Assembly (NCBI GenBank): GCA_963977445.1
Contig: CAXBPH010000002.1
Coordinates: forward strand, 1-64,000
Direction of reading: 5' to 3'
Origin: an uncultured bacterium
GTDB taxonomy: Bacteria; Hydrogenedentota; Hydrogenedentia; Hydrogenedentales; JAEUWI01
DNA length: 64,000 nucleotides
Part shown: positions 9,464 to 19,370 of the stretch, piece by piece
Layout of the letters: each line of letters starts with the position of its first letter
Numbering within the stretch: the first letter of the stretch is position 1
Notes under the pieces: generated by a model
The model's input: the letters and a program-made list of their open reading frames with translations, nothing else
Databases searched by the model: none
What the model was told of the DNA's origin: nothing
Position numbers and translations under genes: made by a program

Positions 9464-10450
9464 ATGGATTATTGGCGGCAACGCTTTATCGATGGGATTG
9501 CAGGCGCGTTGATCGTTGCGTTTGCGTGTGTGGTTGGCGCTGCCGACCTTCCGGAAAATCTCCTGGCGAATCCCGGTTTTGAACTGCGCACGGCAGACCA
9601 GCCCGATCGGTGGGATTATTTCGTCCAGCCCAAGCCGGGGGCCGTTGCCCGTCTGGATAATGAGGCCCACGAGGGAGACTTTTCCATCTGGCTTCATACG
9701 CCTACGCCCTATGAAAAAGAGCCGGTAAATAACTGGAGCCAGAATATTATCGCCGAGTTCGGTGGGGAAACCCTTCGGGTGAGTGGATTTATCCGTGTGG
9801 CGGAAGCCAAAGAGGCCGCCCTCTGGCTTCAATGCTGGCGAAAGCGCCCCTGGGGTGTCCTTGCGTCGGCCAGTACCAGTATCGATGCGCCTGTCTATGG
9901 CACCGCCGCCTGGCAGGAAGTATCCATGGAGGTCCCCATACCCAAGGGCACCGATTTTGTCACCCTGCGCTGTGTTTTGTTGGGCACAGGATCCGCCTGG
10001 TTTGATGATATTTCCGTGACCCGCCATGGGACGACCCCCGTGGCCGCCGAAAGCCCCAAGGCACCTGCGGTGGATGCTCCACCGGCTGAGGAAAAAGCGT
10101 TGGTGGAATCCGCGCCCGCAACCGATTCCGTCCCGGAAATCTTGACTGAAATCACGCCAGAGGTCACAAGTACGGCAGAAGCGCAGCAGGAAAAGGTGGT
10201 GCCCCTGATGAATCAGTTGGAGTCCGAAGTTAGACGGCTCCGTGAGGCAAACCTGCTCCTGACCGACACCTTAGAACAGATTCAGACCGTCAATCAGGGA
10301 TTGGTGGACGAGATGCTGTCCGTGCAGGAAGAAATACGGTCTCTGAAGGAAGCGGAGGAGGCTGCGTCGGCCCCGCCGCTGAAAAAGTCGGCGCCACGGG
10401 TGTCTCCCCTGATTCCCCTGAGCGAAGCGCAGGAAGGTGAAGCTCCGTGA
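9464..10450 (+). CDS. Exported protein with CBM4/9-like jelly-roll domain, Pro/Ala linker and coiled coil
   Basis: Hydrophobic N-terminus; NLLANPGFE...GSAWFDDISV; heptad-rich C-terminal region; ATG 1 nt after the pilT stop. Confidence 0.65.
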   Translation: MDYWRQRFIDGIAGALIVAFACVVGAADLPENLLANPGFELRTADQPDRWDYFVQPKPGAVARLDNEAHEGDFSIWLHTPTPYEKEPVNNWSQNIIAEFGGETLRVSGFIRVAEAKEAALWLQCWRKRPWGVLASASTSIDAPVYGTAAWQEVSMEVPIPKGTDFVTLRCVLLGTGSAWFDDISVTRHGTTPVAAESPKAPAVDAPPAEEKALVESAPATDSVPEILTEITPEVTSTAEAQQEKVVPLMNQLESEVRRLREANLLLTDTLEQIQTVNQGLVDEMLSVQEEIRSLKEAEEAASAPPLKKSAPRVSPLIPLSEAQEGEAP

Positions 10451-10659
10451 ACCAGGCACCCTTGATTATCTTGTGTTCCCTCTTCATGGGCGCCTTCGGC
10501 ATTTTTGTGACGTGGGTCAGTATCGACGCTGGGGACCGACTGGCCATCGTTTGGAAGGCCAGAAAAGAACGGAAACGGTTGGCGGCGGCGGCTAAGGCGG
10601 AGGAAGAGGCCAAGGCAAGTGCTGAGGACGGTGGAGATGAAAAAGGTGCCAAGAAATAG
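10447..10659 (+). CDS. Small single-TM hypothetical protein with charged tail
   Basis: GTGA overlap with the upstream stop; one TM helix then a Lys/Glu/Ala-rich tail. Confidence 0.55.
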   Translation: MNQAPLIILCSLFMGAFGIFVTWVSIDAGDRLAIVWKARKERKRLAAAAKAEEEAKASAEDGGDEKGAKK

Positions 10660-10706
10660 ACCTGCCGCCAGCGCGGCCCGTTCAACGATGGGATGGCGAT
10701 ATCTTT

Positions 10707-10889
10707 ATGGCTGAAAAGACCCCCCGCCCCTATATCGGCGTTCACTTCAAATGTTGCAACGTCTATACGCGTATCTACCTGAATCGGCTGGGAACTGCCT
10801 ACTTCGGCCATTGTCCCCGGTGTATCCGGTCCCTGACCGTGCGTGTTGGGGCCGGCGGGTCCAAATCACGGTTCTGGAGCGCCGAATAG
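10707..10889 (+). CDS. Small zinc-ribbon-like protein
   Basis: HFKCCNVY and CPRC cysteine pairs in 60 aa. Confidence 0.65.
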   Translation: MAEKTPRPYIGVHFKCCNVYTRIYLNRLGTAYFGHCPRCIRSLTVRVGAGGSKSRFWSAE

Positions 10890-11115
10890 GGCCTTCCTCG
10901 TTCCGTTAGGGGCGCTATTTCATCGGTCGTATCGCTGGGGGCCAGACGCTATTGATGGGAGGGCCAGAATCTTGCCCCCCGATAGTTGGGGGAAATCGGC
11001 CGTCCTCATGGTATGCATGGGAGTGGGTTTGCTAGTATCGGTAAGCTGGTGCCCTGTTGTAATGGGCCGCCAGGTGGGTTGGAGAGCGTATGCCCACCGG
11101 GTCCGAAGGTGGACC

Positions 11116-12459
11116 ATGCACGCAAACACGATGATTGAGAAAACGAATCACATGAATGGCGAGAATGAGTCCCAGTTGAAGGCGGAATTGGCGCGCTCTA
11201 CCGAAGTGGTGGCGGCGCAGAAGGAGGAGGTGCGCCAACTTCAACATGCGTTGGACATGCGTGATCGTGCGATGGAAGCCTCCAACGAGGGCATCGTGAT
11301 ACTCGATGTTCGCGCGCCAGACAATCCAATCGTGTATGTAAACGGTGGCTTTGAACGGCAGACCGGGTATCGTCGCGAAGAGATATTGTACAAGAGCGCC
11401 CGATTTATTCACGGTCCGGAAACCGACCCCAGCACCCTCGCCCGCATCCGGGAGGCCATTGTGTCTGGTAAGCCCTGCACCACCGAGGTGCTCAGCTACC
11501 GGAAAAACGGAACGCCCTTCTGGAATCGTATATCTCTGAGTCCCATCGAAAATCGCGATGGTGAAATAACCCACTTTGTTGCTATCCAATCGGACGTGAG
11601 TGCCCGTATGCAGTCGAACAACGATGTGCAGACGGCCCTGGAGCTGTTGGAGAAGACGAATATACAGCTGACCCGTATCAATCGCCGGATGAAAATGAAT
11701 CTGGAAACGGCAGCACGGGTACAGCAGGCCCTCCTTCCGGAGCATATGCCACGGGTGAAGGGGGTGGACTTTGCCTGGAAATTCCGTCCTTGCGACGAAT
11801 TGGCTGGTGATATTCTCAATGTATTCCGTATCAACCGGAAGACGGTTGGGCTCTATCTGCTCGACGTTTCCGGTCATGGCACGGCGGCCGCCCTGCTTGC
11901 CGTATCGGTGAGTCGCATGCTCTCACCGAAAGCCCTGGCTTCTTCCGTAGTACGTGAAGAAGACGTGGACGCCGCGGATTACAAGGTAGTACCGCCGGCC
12001 CGGGTGGCCGAACACCTCAATGCCCATTTTCCATGGGATCCCGAGATCGGACAGTTTTTTACCCTGATCTACGGCGTCCTGGATACGGAAACCCTCATGT
12101 TTCGTTATGTCTCCGCGGGTCACCCTGGCCCGGCAATTTTTGCAGCGGGCAAGGAGCCGGTGATTCCGCGAAGCAGTGGTATGCCTGTCGGACTGGCCAA
12201 CGAGCCTTACGATGAGTATTGTATCCAGCTCGCGCCCGGCGATCGCATGCACCTGTATTCTGATGGCGTCACCGAAGCCATGAATCGTAAACGGGAACTC
12301 TTTGGCGTGCCCCGGCTCCTGGAAAGCCTGGAATGCCACGGTGGCTGCCCCTTGGCCGAATGTCAGGACAAGTTGATGGCGGCACTCGAAGAATTTCGCG
12401 GCAGTGCGCGCTTCAACGACGATATCTCCCTGCTCTCCCTGGAAGTGCATCCCGTATAG
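11116..12459 (+). CDS. PAS(LOV-like)-SpoIIE/PP2C serine phosphatase, RsbU/RsbP-like
   Basis: PAS/PAC segment NPIVYVN...FWN...IQSDVS; PP2C motifs AGD, DVSGHG, SAGH, YSDGVTEA, DDIS; start uncertain (11116-11152). Confidence 0.85.
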   Translation: MHANTMIEKTNHMNGENESQLKAELARSTEVVAAQKEEVRQLQHALDMRDRAMEASNEGIVILDVRAPDNPIVYVNGGFERQTGYRREEILYKSARFIHGPETDPSTLARIREAIVSGKPCTTEVLSYRKNGTPFWNRISLSPIENRDGEITHFVAIQSDVSARMQSNNDVQTALELLEKTNIQLTRINRRMKMNLETAARVQQALLPEHMPRVKGVDFAWKFRPCDELAGDILNVFRINRKTVGLYLLDVSGHGTAAALLAVSVSRMLSPKALASSVVREEDVDAADYKVVPPARVAEHLNAHFPWDPEIGQFFTLIYGVLDTETLMFRYVSAGHPGPAIFAAGKEPVIPRSSGMPVGLANEPYDEYCIQLAPGDRMHLYSDGVTEAMNRKRELFGVPRLLESLECHGGCPLAECQDKLMAALEEFRGSARFNDDISLLSLEVHPV

Positions 12460-12500
12460 CCACGGTTGTTTTGGGCACGACGTCCATGAGCGCTGACCCT

Positions 12501-12539
12501 CACGGGCAAGTCTTGCAGACTTGTCCGTGCCACCCAGAC
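12501..12539. repeat. REP-like palindromic element, copy 2
   Basis: 39-nt identity to 4589-4627; lies between convergent genes. Confidence 0.85.
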
Positions 12540-12696
12540 GAGTTGTTTTTTCTTGTGTTCATCTCGCCAAAGTCTGCTGGCCTGGGGAAGAAACATACCG
12601 CTCCCGGCATTCCTCCTGGACTCCAAAGAAAAGCCCCCGAAACGTCTGAGACGCTTCGGGGGAAATTGTTTGTAATGTTTTGTCTATGGTGTTGGC

Positions 12697-14406
12697 TTAT
12701 GCGCCCCACTGGGCCATGCTGAAGACGAACCAGATCATGGCACCGACACAGACCCAGAAGAAGGCGAAGCCTCCAAGGCCCACCAGACTCGGTACGGGGA
12801 ACTCCATATCGGGATGGTTGAAGAGTTTACGGGGGACCGTAGGCTCAACACCTTCCGGGAGCATGAAGGGCTCGGGCGCATGGGGTTCTTCCGCATCGAC
12901 CGGTGTATGAAGACACTGGTAAAAGCGGTCCAGACGCTCTTTAGGCAGGCGCGGGGTGAAGAGGCTGACGAGGACACAGAGGCCAAAGCCCGTGGAAAGG
13001 TAGGCTGCCATCTGGCACCAAACGCGGAATTCGCCTTCCCAAAGGAAGAATTCCGGAAGATTGCCACTGGCCCACGTGTGGAACCCATCCGTGTTTGTGA
13101 GATACATGACCGCAAAGGCACCCAGGGTTCCCGCCCACGCACCGGCTGAAGTGGCGCGACGCCAGTAGAGGCCCACCCAGAAGGCGGCGGCCATCATGCC
13201 CTGAATCTTCCAGAATGTCTCCAGCCCACTGGGAATATCTTCCACCGAGTAGGCGAACCAGACACTGAAACAAACGATAACAAAGCCGGAAATACGACCC
13301 ACCATGACATAGTGTGACTCGGAACGATCTCGCACGAAAAAACGTCGGTAGAGATTCTGCGTAACCAAACCAGCGGAAGATACCATGAAGGCATCGCAGG
13401 AAGACATGACCGACGCCAGGAGGGCGGCAAGGAAAACGCCAACCAGACCGGGCATGACAAGGGGGAGAAGCTCTCCGGCCATGCGTCCGTAGACCTGATC
13501 GGGCTCTACTTGGACGTCACCACCATTATTCATGAAGTAAACGACACCGCACAGGCCGGTAAGCATCCAGGCCACGGTGCAGACGCGCTTGAGCAGGTTA
13601 CCGGCGGCGAAGCCGACCCGTCCGTCCATCTCGGTCCTGCCCGCGGCGCATACGCCCATGATATGGGGCTGGGTCACAATACCCAATGCCGCGTTCAAGG
13701 CGAAGACGCCGATGTGCCAGGCGTTAATTTCGCCGGGGGCGACCAGGCTGAACATGGATTCGTCGGTGATGGATTCATGGAGCCCGGCAAAGCCACCCAC
13801 CGCCTTGAGGGCGAAGGGAAGGATCATGAAGGAGAGGATAACCGTCAGGATGCCCTGAATCAGATCGGTCACGATGGCCGCTGCGAGGCCACCGGCCATG
13901 CCATAGGCTACGAAGAGCACGGTCATGACGATGACGGAATAGTTGGCGGGAATTGCCCCGCCTGAAATGGCTTCAATGACCTTGGCCGAGCCCAGGAGCA
14001 TTACGCCAATATTTACGGTAAGCTGCATTACACCTACGACGGTGTAGAGGGCGGCCACGCTGCTACTGTAGCGATATTCGAAATAGTCGCCCGTGGTTAT
14101 GGCGCGCATTCGACGGAATGCCGGGGCGATGAGCCAGTAAAAAGGCGTGGCAAAAAGCCAGAGCCATTGGTACCAGATGCCCGAAAGACCGTTGGTAAAG
14201 GTCTTGGAGGCAACACCGACAGCCTGGTTGCCGTTGGTTCCCGCGCCGAAGGCGAAAAAGGTCATGGAGACTTTGCCGAATCCACGGCCCCCCATGAAAA
14301 AATCCGCCGTATCTTTGATTTTACTTGCGGTCCACAGGCCCACACCCGTTACGACGACGAGATAGGCAGCCAAGGCCAGCCAATCCCATAGGTTAATCCC
14401 CAGCAT
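12697..14406 (-). CDS. Sodium:solute symporter (SSS family)
   Basis: DFFMGGR, TTGDYFEYRY, GGLAAAIVTDLIQ, ASVMSS motifs; about 13 TM helices. Confidence 0.9.
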   Translation of the reverse strand: MLGINLWDWLALAAYLVVVTGVGLWTASKIKDTADFFMGGRGFGKVSMTFFAFGAGTNGNQAVGVASKTFTNGLSGIWYQWLWLFATPFYWLIAPAFRRMRAITTGDYFEYRYSSSVAALYTVVGVMQLTVNIGVMLLGSAKVIEAISGGAIPANYSVIVMTVLFVAYGMAGGLAAAIVTDLIQGILTVILSFMILPFALKAVGGFAGLHESITDESMFSLVAPGEINAWHIGVFALNAALGIVTQPHIMGVCAAGRTEMDGRVGFAAGNLLKRVCTVAWMLTGLCGVVYFMNNGGDVQVEPDQVYGRMAGELLPLVMPGLVGVFLAALLASVMSSCDAFMVSSAGLVTQNLYRRFFVRDRSESHYVMVGRISGFVIVCFSVWFAYSVEDIPSGLETFWKIQGMMAAAFWVGLYWRRATSAGAWAGTLGAFAVMYLTNTDGFHTWASGNLPEFFLWEGEFRVWCQMAAYLSTGFGLCVLVSLFTPRLPKERLDRFYQCLHTPVDAEEPHAPEPFMLPEGVEPTVPRKLFNHPDMEFPVPSLVGLGGFAFFWVCVGAMIWFVFSMAQWGA

Positions 14407-14588
14407 GATACTCCTCCACAGGGTTCAAAATAAGAAATTATGACATAGCCGCTTATAGTAGTCGATGGAGGGGCAGGACTGTCAACTTGCCGGTCCCGAT
14501 AGCTTGCGGCGGACGGGTAGGCTGGGCTAAGGTGAGCTTCGACGTACCCCATTCAATCAGGCCACTCGCGTCAGGAGGAGTTACACCT

Positions 14589-16256
14589 ATGCGCTTCAGC
14601 GGAACGATTTTTCTGATATCCATGCTGTTTGTTGTTCTTTTAACGATCGCCTGGTTTGTGAATCCAGGTACGGATAATGTGGATGGCGTTGCCGAAATTG
14701 AAGGGGTTACCCAAAGCACAGGTGGTATTCACAAAATTCTTACCGGCGAAAACAAGCGGGCACCCAAGAAGAATATTGACCTGGGCGAAGGGAAGCTGCG
14801 GGGCAGGGTGCGGAATGCCGCGGGCGTCCCTGTTGCAGGCGCCACGATTCAGGTGATGCCGATTGATCCAGATGCCAATATACTTACGACGCAACGGGAG
14901 ATTGCCAATTTTTGGGAATGCGAAACGGATGCCCAGGGGATGATGACATTTCGTGCCCTGCCCGAAGGGGATTTTGTGGTTTCCGCTGCGCACGAGGGTG
15001 CGCATGCCGTCGCACGGGCCCATGTGGTTGAAAATGGTGCGTTCGCGGAGTTGACGCTGCAATTGGAACCCAGCGTAACCCTTCAGGGCAATGTTGTCGA
15101 TGGCGAGGGCGCGCCTGTGGTAGGGGCCTTGGTTTACCCGGTTCCTGCCGGTGAAGACAATGACGAAGGTACGCGCGTTTACCGCTATGTTCCGGTTAAG
15201 ACCGACGAGTCCGGGAAATTCAAGCACCCCCTGGTGCCTGCGGGCGATTGGGATGTGCTGGTGGTGGCACCAAAATTCGCAACCCGTCGTGTCACGCTCC
15301 TGCCCTCAGGAAAAAACACCATAGCGTTGAACGAGGGGGAATTTATCCAGGGGCGTTTAATTCGGGCGGAGGATCAGCGTCCGCTCAGTAACACCCGTCT
15401 GCTGGCGGATGCCGTCGACGTTCCGGAGGAGTCCCATGTTCAGCGCTCTAACGGACAAGGTTTTTTTCGCTTCACCGGTCTGCGTGCTGCGGCATACGTC
15501 GTGCATATCGATTCCAATGGATATGTGGGGGAAGCGCAGGTTGTGCTTCAGGACAGTCATGGCGCGCCCGGTCAAGACAGCATGTCGATCCGTGACAATG
15601 TTCGGATTGATCCCATAACAGGTGAAACGAAAGGGTCACTTGCAACGCCCGAATCGGAATCAACTTCGCCGCCGGGGGACGAGAGCGATACCCTGCTGAT
15701 TGAGGCTGTGGCTACCGGCGCGATACGGGGCCAGGTCCTGGAAAGCGGTGTGGACGTTGGCGTGCCCGATGTGTACGTCAGTGCACTTGTTGAAGGGCAA
15801 ACCCAGGCGACGGTAACCGCGAAAACGGATTTGGCGGGTTACTATAGTCTCAAGGGACTGCCCGAGGGAACCTACCAGGTACGGGCTCCCCACAACACAG
15901 ACCGCGTGTTGGTCGTAACAGACGATGCTACCGTTAACGTCGTTGCGGGCAAGCAAGTAGATGGACCAGCCTTTCGCGCGGAGTCCGGGGAAATATTGCG
16001 GGGCGAAGTGAAAGACAGCGGCCGCAACTTGATTGGCGAGGCCAATGTGTATCTCCGCCAGAGTAGCTACCCCAGTGACGTGCGGGGCGTGACTACGGGA
16101 GAAGATGGTAGCTTTGTGTTTCGGGGCGCGCACCGGGATGAGCAGGTCACCCTGTGGGCCGAAAAAATGGGGGCGGTTTCGGAGCCCTTCGGCCCGGCAC
16201 AGGTCGGCGATGGGGGCTTGCAGGGCATATTACTACCTCTGATGCCTGTGGAATAA
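14589..16256 (+). CDS. Membrane-anchored protein with tandem carboxypeptidase-regulatory-like (prealbumin-fold) repeats
   Basis: N-terminal TM; repeated GxVxDxxGxPVxGA...TDxxGxF units; aggagtt RBS. Confidence 0.75.
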   Translation: MRFSGTIFLISMLFVVLLTIAWFVNPGTDNVDGVAEIEGVTQSTGGIHKILTGENKRAPKKNIDLGEGKLRGRVRNAAGVPVAGATIQVMPIDPDANILTTQREIANFWECETDAQGMMTFRALPEGDFVVSAAHEGAHAVARAHVVENGAFAELTLQLEPSVTLQGNVVDGEGAPVVGALVYPVPAGEDNDEGTRVYRYVPVKTDESGKFKHPLVPAGDWDVLVVAPKFATRRVTLLPSGKNTIALNEGEFIQGRLIRAEDQRPLSNTRLLADAVDVPEESHVQRSNGQGFFRFTGLRAAAYVVHIDSNGYVGEAQVVLQDSHGAPGQDSMSIRDNVRIDPITGETKGSLATPESESTSPPGDESDTLLIEAVATGAIRGQVLESGVDVGVPDVYVSALVEGQTQATVTAKTDLAGYYSLKGLPEGTYQVRAPHNTDRVLVVTDDATVNVVAGKQVDGPAFRAESGEILRGEVKDSGRNLIGEANVYLRQSSYPSDVRGVTTGEDGSFVFRGAHRDEQVTLWAEKMGAVSEPFGPAQVGDGGLQGILLPLMPVE

Positions 16257-16286
16257 TGCCCCGACAAGATAACTGACATTATAATG

Positions 16287-16811
16287 TCAGCACACTCCGC
16301 CGCACTCCGACATGACTTCTACCAAATCATCATAGCCCATAAGAAGGGCCATCGCCATGGGGGTCAGTTTTCCGGTATAACTTTCCCGTTGATTGATCTC
16401 GGCCCCATGTTCAATCAAAAGTTCCGCCATATCGGTACGACCGTTTAAAGCGATCATGTGCAATGGTGTCAGGCCCTGACTGTTTTTTTCGTCCACGTTG
16501 GCCCCATCGCTCAAGAGAGTTATGGCGGCTTCGATATCACCGTCTCGGGCAGCTTTGTGCAGGGGATTTTCATTTTCCGCACCGGGAGCGGCGTTGCTTT
16601 CCTGCGGGTCGAGCATTTTGTAGACGGAATGGCTCATGCCCCAATAGGCGTCTTTTTCGCCTGCCGGTCGGGGTTCATGGGCATTACGCTCCATGGAGGC
16701 CCGATCCTGACTCAGGAGCATTTCGGCCAATACTGTATAGCCGCTTTTGCGCGCACGCGTTGTCGGCGTTTCACCATGCTGGTCCATGGTGTACATCCAG
16801 GGATGATCCAT
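16287..16811 (-). CDS. Ankyrin-repeat protein
   Basis: PLHKAARDG, GLTPLHMIALNG, TPMAMA repeats; aaggag RBS before ATG 16811. Confidence 0.8.
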   Translation of the reverse strand: MDHPWMYTMDQHGETPTTRARKSGYTVLAEMLLSQDRASMERNAHEPRPAGEKDAYWGMSHSVYKMLDPQESNAAPGAENENPLHKAARDGDIEAAITLLSDGANVDEKNSQGLTPLHMIALNGRTDMAELLIEHGAEINQRESYTGKLTPMAMALLMGYDDLVEVMSECGGVC

Positions 16812-17540
16812 GTTGTCGTTGCTCCTTGTAATTACAATCTGGCAGTTTCGGGCGCTCTGCGAACCCATCCATGAGTACGCAATTACCGTGCCTCTTTTTC
16901 TTTGTGCCCATGTGTACAGAATTTATTGCATAAGGCACTCTTGCACAGGTGTTTACAGGATCGTCAACCCGTCAGAGCTCCGCAGGGCTCCGCCGAATTT
17001 CTGTCAAATTATATCACGATCGCCAAATTATACTTACTTATGACTACATTTTGTCGTGGCCACTCACACCATTGGGCCGAGCAAATTCTAACCATTGTTC
17101 CTGTGACTGTCAATGTTTTATTTTGCGCCCACGGACTTCAGGAACCACGTCCATTAAAATCCGTGCTACTTTCAACGAAGGGGCACCGTCTATGCTGGGT
17201 TGTGATGTGCTGCATCTACTAGTATATTCTCCAAGCCATGTTATTTCATTCACCCGGTGCCGGTGAGTTCCTTGACACAGCAACGTGCTGAATGACGATG
17301 AATAGCGTGCTCGCTTGGCCCACGGTGATACCTGCGCGTCCAATCGGGCGAGGTGGAAAGCGATTCGAAACTCCTTGTCACGAGATTGTCGGAAACCGCT
17401 ACTATTTCATCCTTAGGTATTCAACTTTTGTCAGTATATAAGCTATACTGTCAACAATAAGGTTCAAGAGTCAGCAGGGAGTGGGCGTACACTTGGTACA
17501 CCTTCCCAGACTGGCGGGAACGACGGGAGTCACAAGGACG

Positions 17541-18866
17541 ATGTCAATGAAAAAACGTGTTGGAAAACTGCTGCTCAAAGCAGGCTTGATAAATGAGGGG
17601 CAACTTGAGGCCGCGTTGGAGATTCAGCAGGATACCGGAGCGGAATTGATTGATATCCTTTTTTCCCTGGGTGCCGTTGAACCCAATGCGTTTATGGACT
17701 TTATCTTGACGTACCCGGGCGTCTTGTCATCGGATATACGGGATCTGGAACTCGATGACGATCTTATTTCACGGGTGCCGGCCACCATGGCGCGTGAACT
17801 GGGCGTCGTGCCGGTGGATCTGATTGGCGAGCAATTGACGCTCGCTGCGAAACTTCCGCTGACCGAGGATAGTGAGTCTCGCCTGAAGACAGAAACGGGC
17901 CTCACGTTGAAGATACTTCTTTGTGCGCCGGAAGATATCGATGGTGCACTTAACCGCTACTATTCTGAATCGGACACCCACGGGGGCAACGGTGATTCGC
18001 CAACGTCACTGCAGGGGCTGGTGCAGCCAATTCGCCTGTCTCACATGGCCCACCTGATTCGAGGTATCAAGTCCCTTCCGGCCTTGCCCGAGACGGTTCA
18101 CCGGGTTCGTGAAGCCATGTTGTCGCCGGATAGCTCCGTGGCATCGGTGACCGACATTATCACGTTGGATCCGCCGGTGGCCGGTAAGGTCCTGAGTGTG
18201 GCCAACTCGGCTGCCTATGGGTTTACCCATAAGATTACCGATTTGAACCTCGCTGTATCGCTGATGGGCTTGAAAGAGACCTATGCCATCGTGCTGTCGG
18301 CCACCGTGGTGGATTTGGTCAGTCAGTTGGAAGAATTCGACTATCGGGCCTTCTGGCTCGAATCCGTTTGTTCTGCGTGTGCGGCGCGTATCGTCGCCAA
18401 AGTAAGTGATCGTCGCCAATTGCCCGGTGTATTTACCGCTGGGCTACTCCACGATATCGGCCGGGCGGCGTTGTGGGAAGTTGCCGCAGAAAAATGCAAG
18501 AAGATCGACAACACCTTTACGGGCGAGGCACTCCTCGAAGCAGAACGCAGCCTGGTAGGGCTCACCCACGTGGAAGCGGGCTATGAGCTCGCGCTGCACT
18601 GGGAGTTGCCCAACGAAATTGCCCAGGCAATTCGCTTTCACCACCATCCTGCACTGGCGACCGAATCCCGCGATCACGTCGCCATTGTGGCCCTCGCCGA
18701 TGTGATGGTGCAGGTGTCCGGCACGCAGCTTGAGGATAATCCCGACATCTTTGTGCCCCACATGGATACGCTGGCCATACTCGGGCTTGATATTGAGAAT
18801 GCAGAGGCGATGCTCGAAGAATACCTGACGCGCCATGAAGCGGCCGTACAGGACACCTTCGGTTGA
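17541..18866 (+). CDS. MshEN/T2SSE_N domain fused to HDOD domain
   Basis: RVGKLLLKAGLINEGQLEAALEIQ resembles the MshEN motif; HDOD motifs LPALP, DPPVAGKVLSVANSAAYG, GLLHDIG, HWELP, IRFHH. Confidence 0.8.
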   Translation: MSMKKRVGKLLLKAGLINEGQLEAALEIQQDTGAELIDILFSLGAVEPNAFMDFILTYPGVLSSDIRDLELDDDLISRVPATMARELGVVPVDLIGEQLTLAAKLPLTEDSESRLKTETGLTLKILLCAPEDIDGALNRYYSESDTHGGNGDSPTSLQGLVQPIRLSHMAHLIRGIKSLPALPETVHRVREAMLSPDSSVASVTDIITLDPPVAGKVLSVANSAAYGFTHKITDLNLAVSLMGLKETYAIVLSATVVDLVSQLEEFDYRAFWLESVCSACAARIVAKVSDRRQLPGVFTAGLLHDIGRAALWEVAAEKCKKIDNTFTGEALLEAERSLVGLTHVEAGYELALHWELPNEIAQAIRFHHHPALATESRDHVAIVALADVMVQVSGTQLEDNPDIFVPHMDTLAILGLDIENAEAMLEEYLTRHEAAVQDTFG

Positions 18867-18939
18867 GCCAGGACAGCTGAGACAACACCCGTATTTCGAT
18901 TTGTTTCCCAACAGAATAGTCAGCGCGATCTAAGGTTTT

Positions 18940-19347
18940 ATGAGTAACAATCCAAAGAAGATATATTTGTGCGGGCCCATCATGGACTGTACCGGCAATG
19001 AAAGTGTGGAATGGCGCAGCACGGCGAAAGAGCGCCTCTCCGGTAAGTTTGTCGTTCTCGATCCTATGCGACGTAACTTTCGGGATCGGGAGATCGACAG
19101 TGCCAACGAGATTGTAGATTTTGATCTGCAAGACGTTCGTGATGCCGACATACTCCTCGTGAACTACTCCAAGACGTCCATTGGGACGTCTATGGAAGTC
19201 TTTTACGCATCCCACGACCTGGGCAAATTCGTTATCGCCTTCAGCCCCTATACCTACCAGGACATGTCGCCGTGGATGGTGAAACATTGCACGAAAATTT
19301 TGCCCACCCTTGAAGAAGCCCTCGCCTATATTGACCGTCATTTCTGA
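18940..19347 (+). CDS. Nucleoside 2-deoxyribosyltransferase / nucleotide N-hydrolase family protein
   Basis: IYLCGPI, DLQDVRDADILLV, SIGTSMEVFYA (nucleophile Glu position). Confidence 0.75.
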   Translation: MSNNPKKIYLCGPIMDCTGNESVEWRSTAKERLSGKFVVLDPMRRNFRDREIDSANEIVDFDLQDVRDADILLVNYSKTSIGTSMEVFYASHDLGKFVIAFSPYTYQDMSPWMVKHCTKILPTLEEALAYIDRHF

Positions 19348-19370
19348 TCTTGGTCACCGTCCGATGGGGG

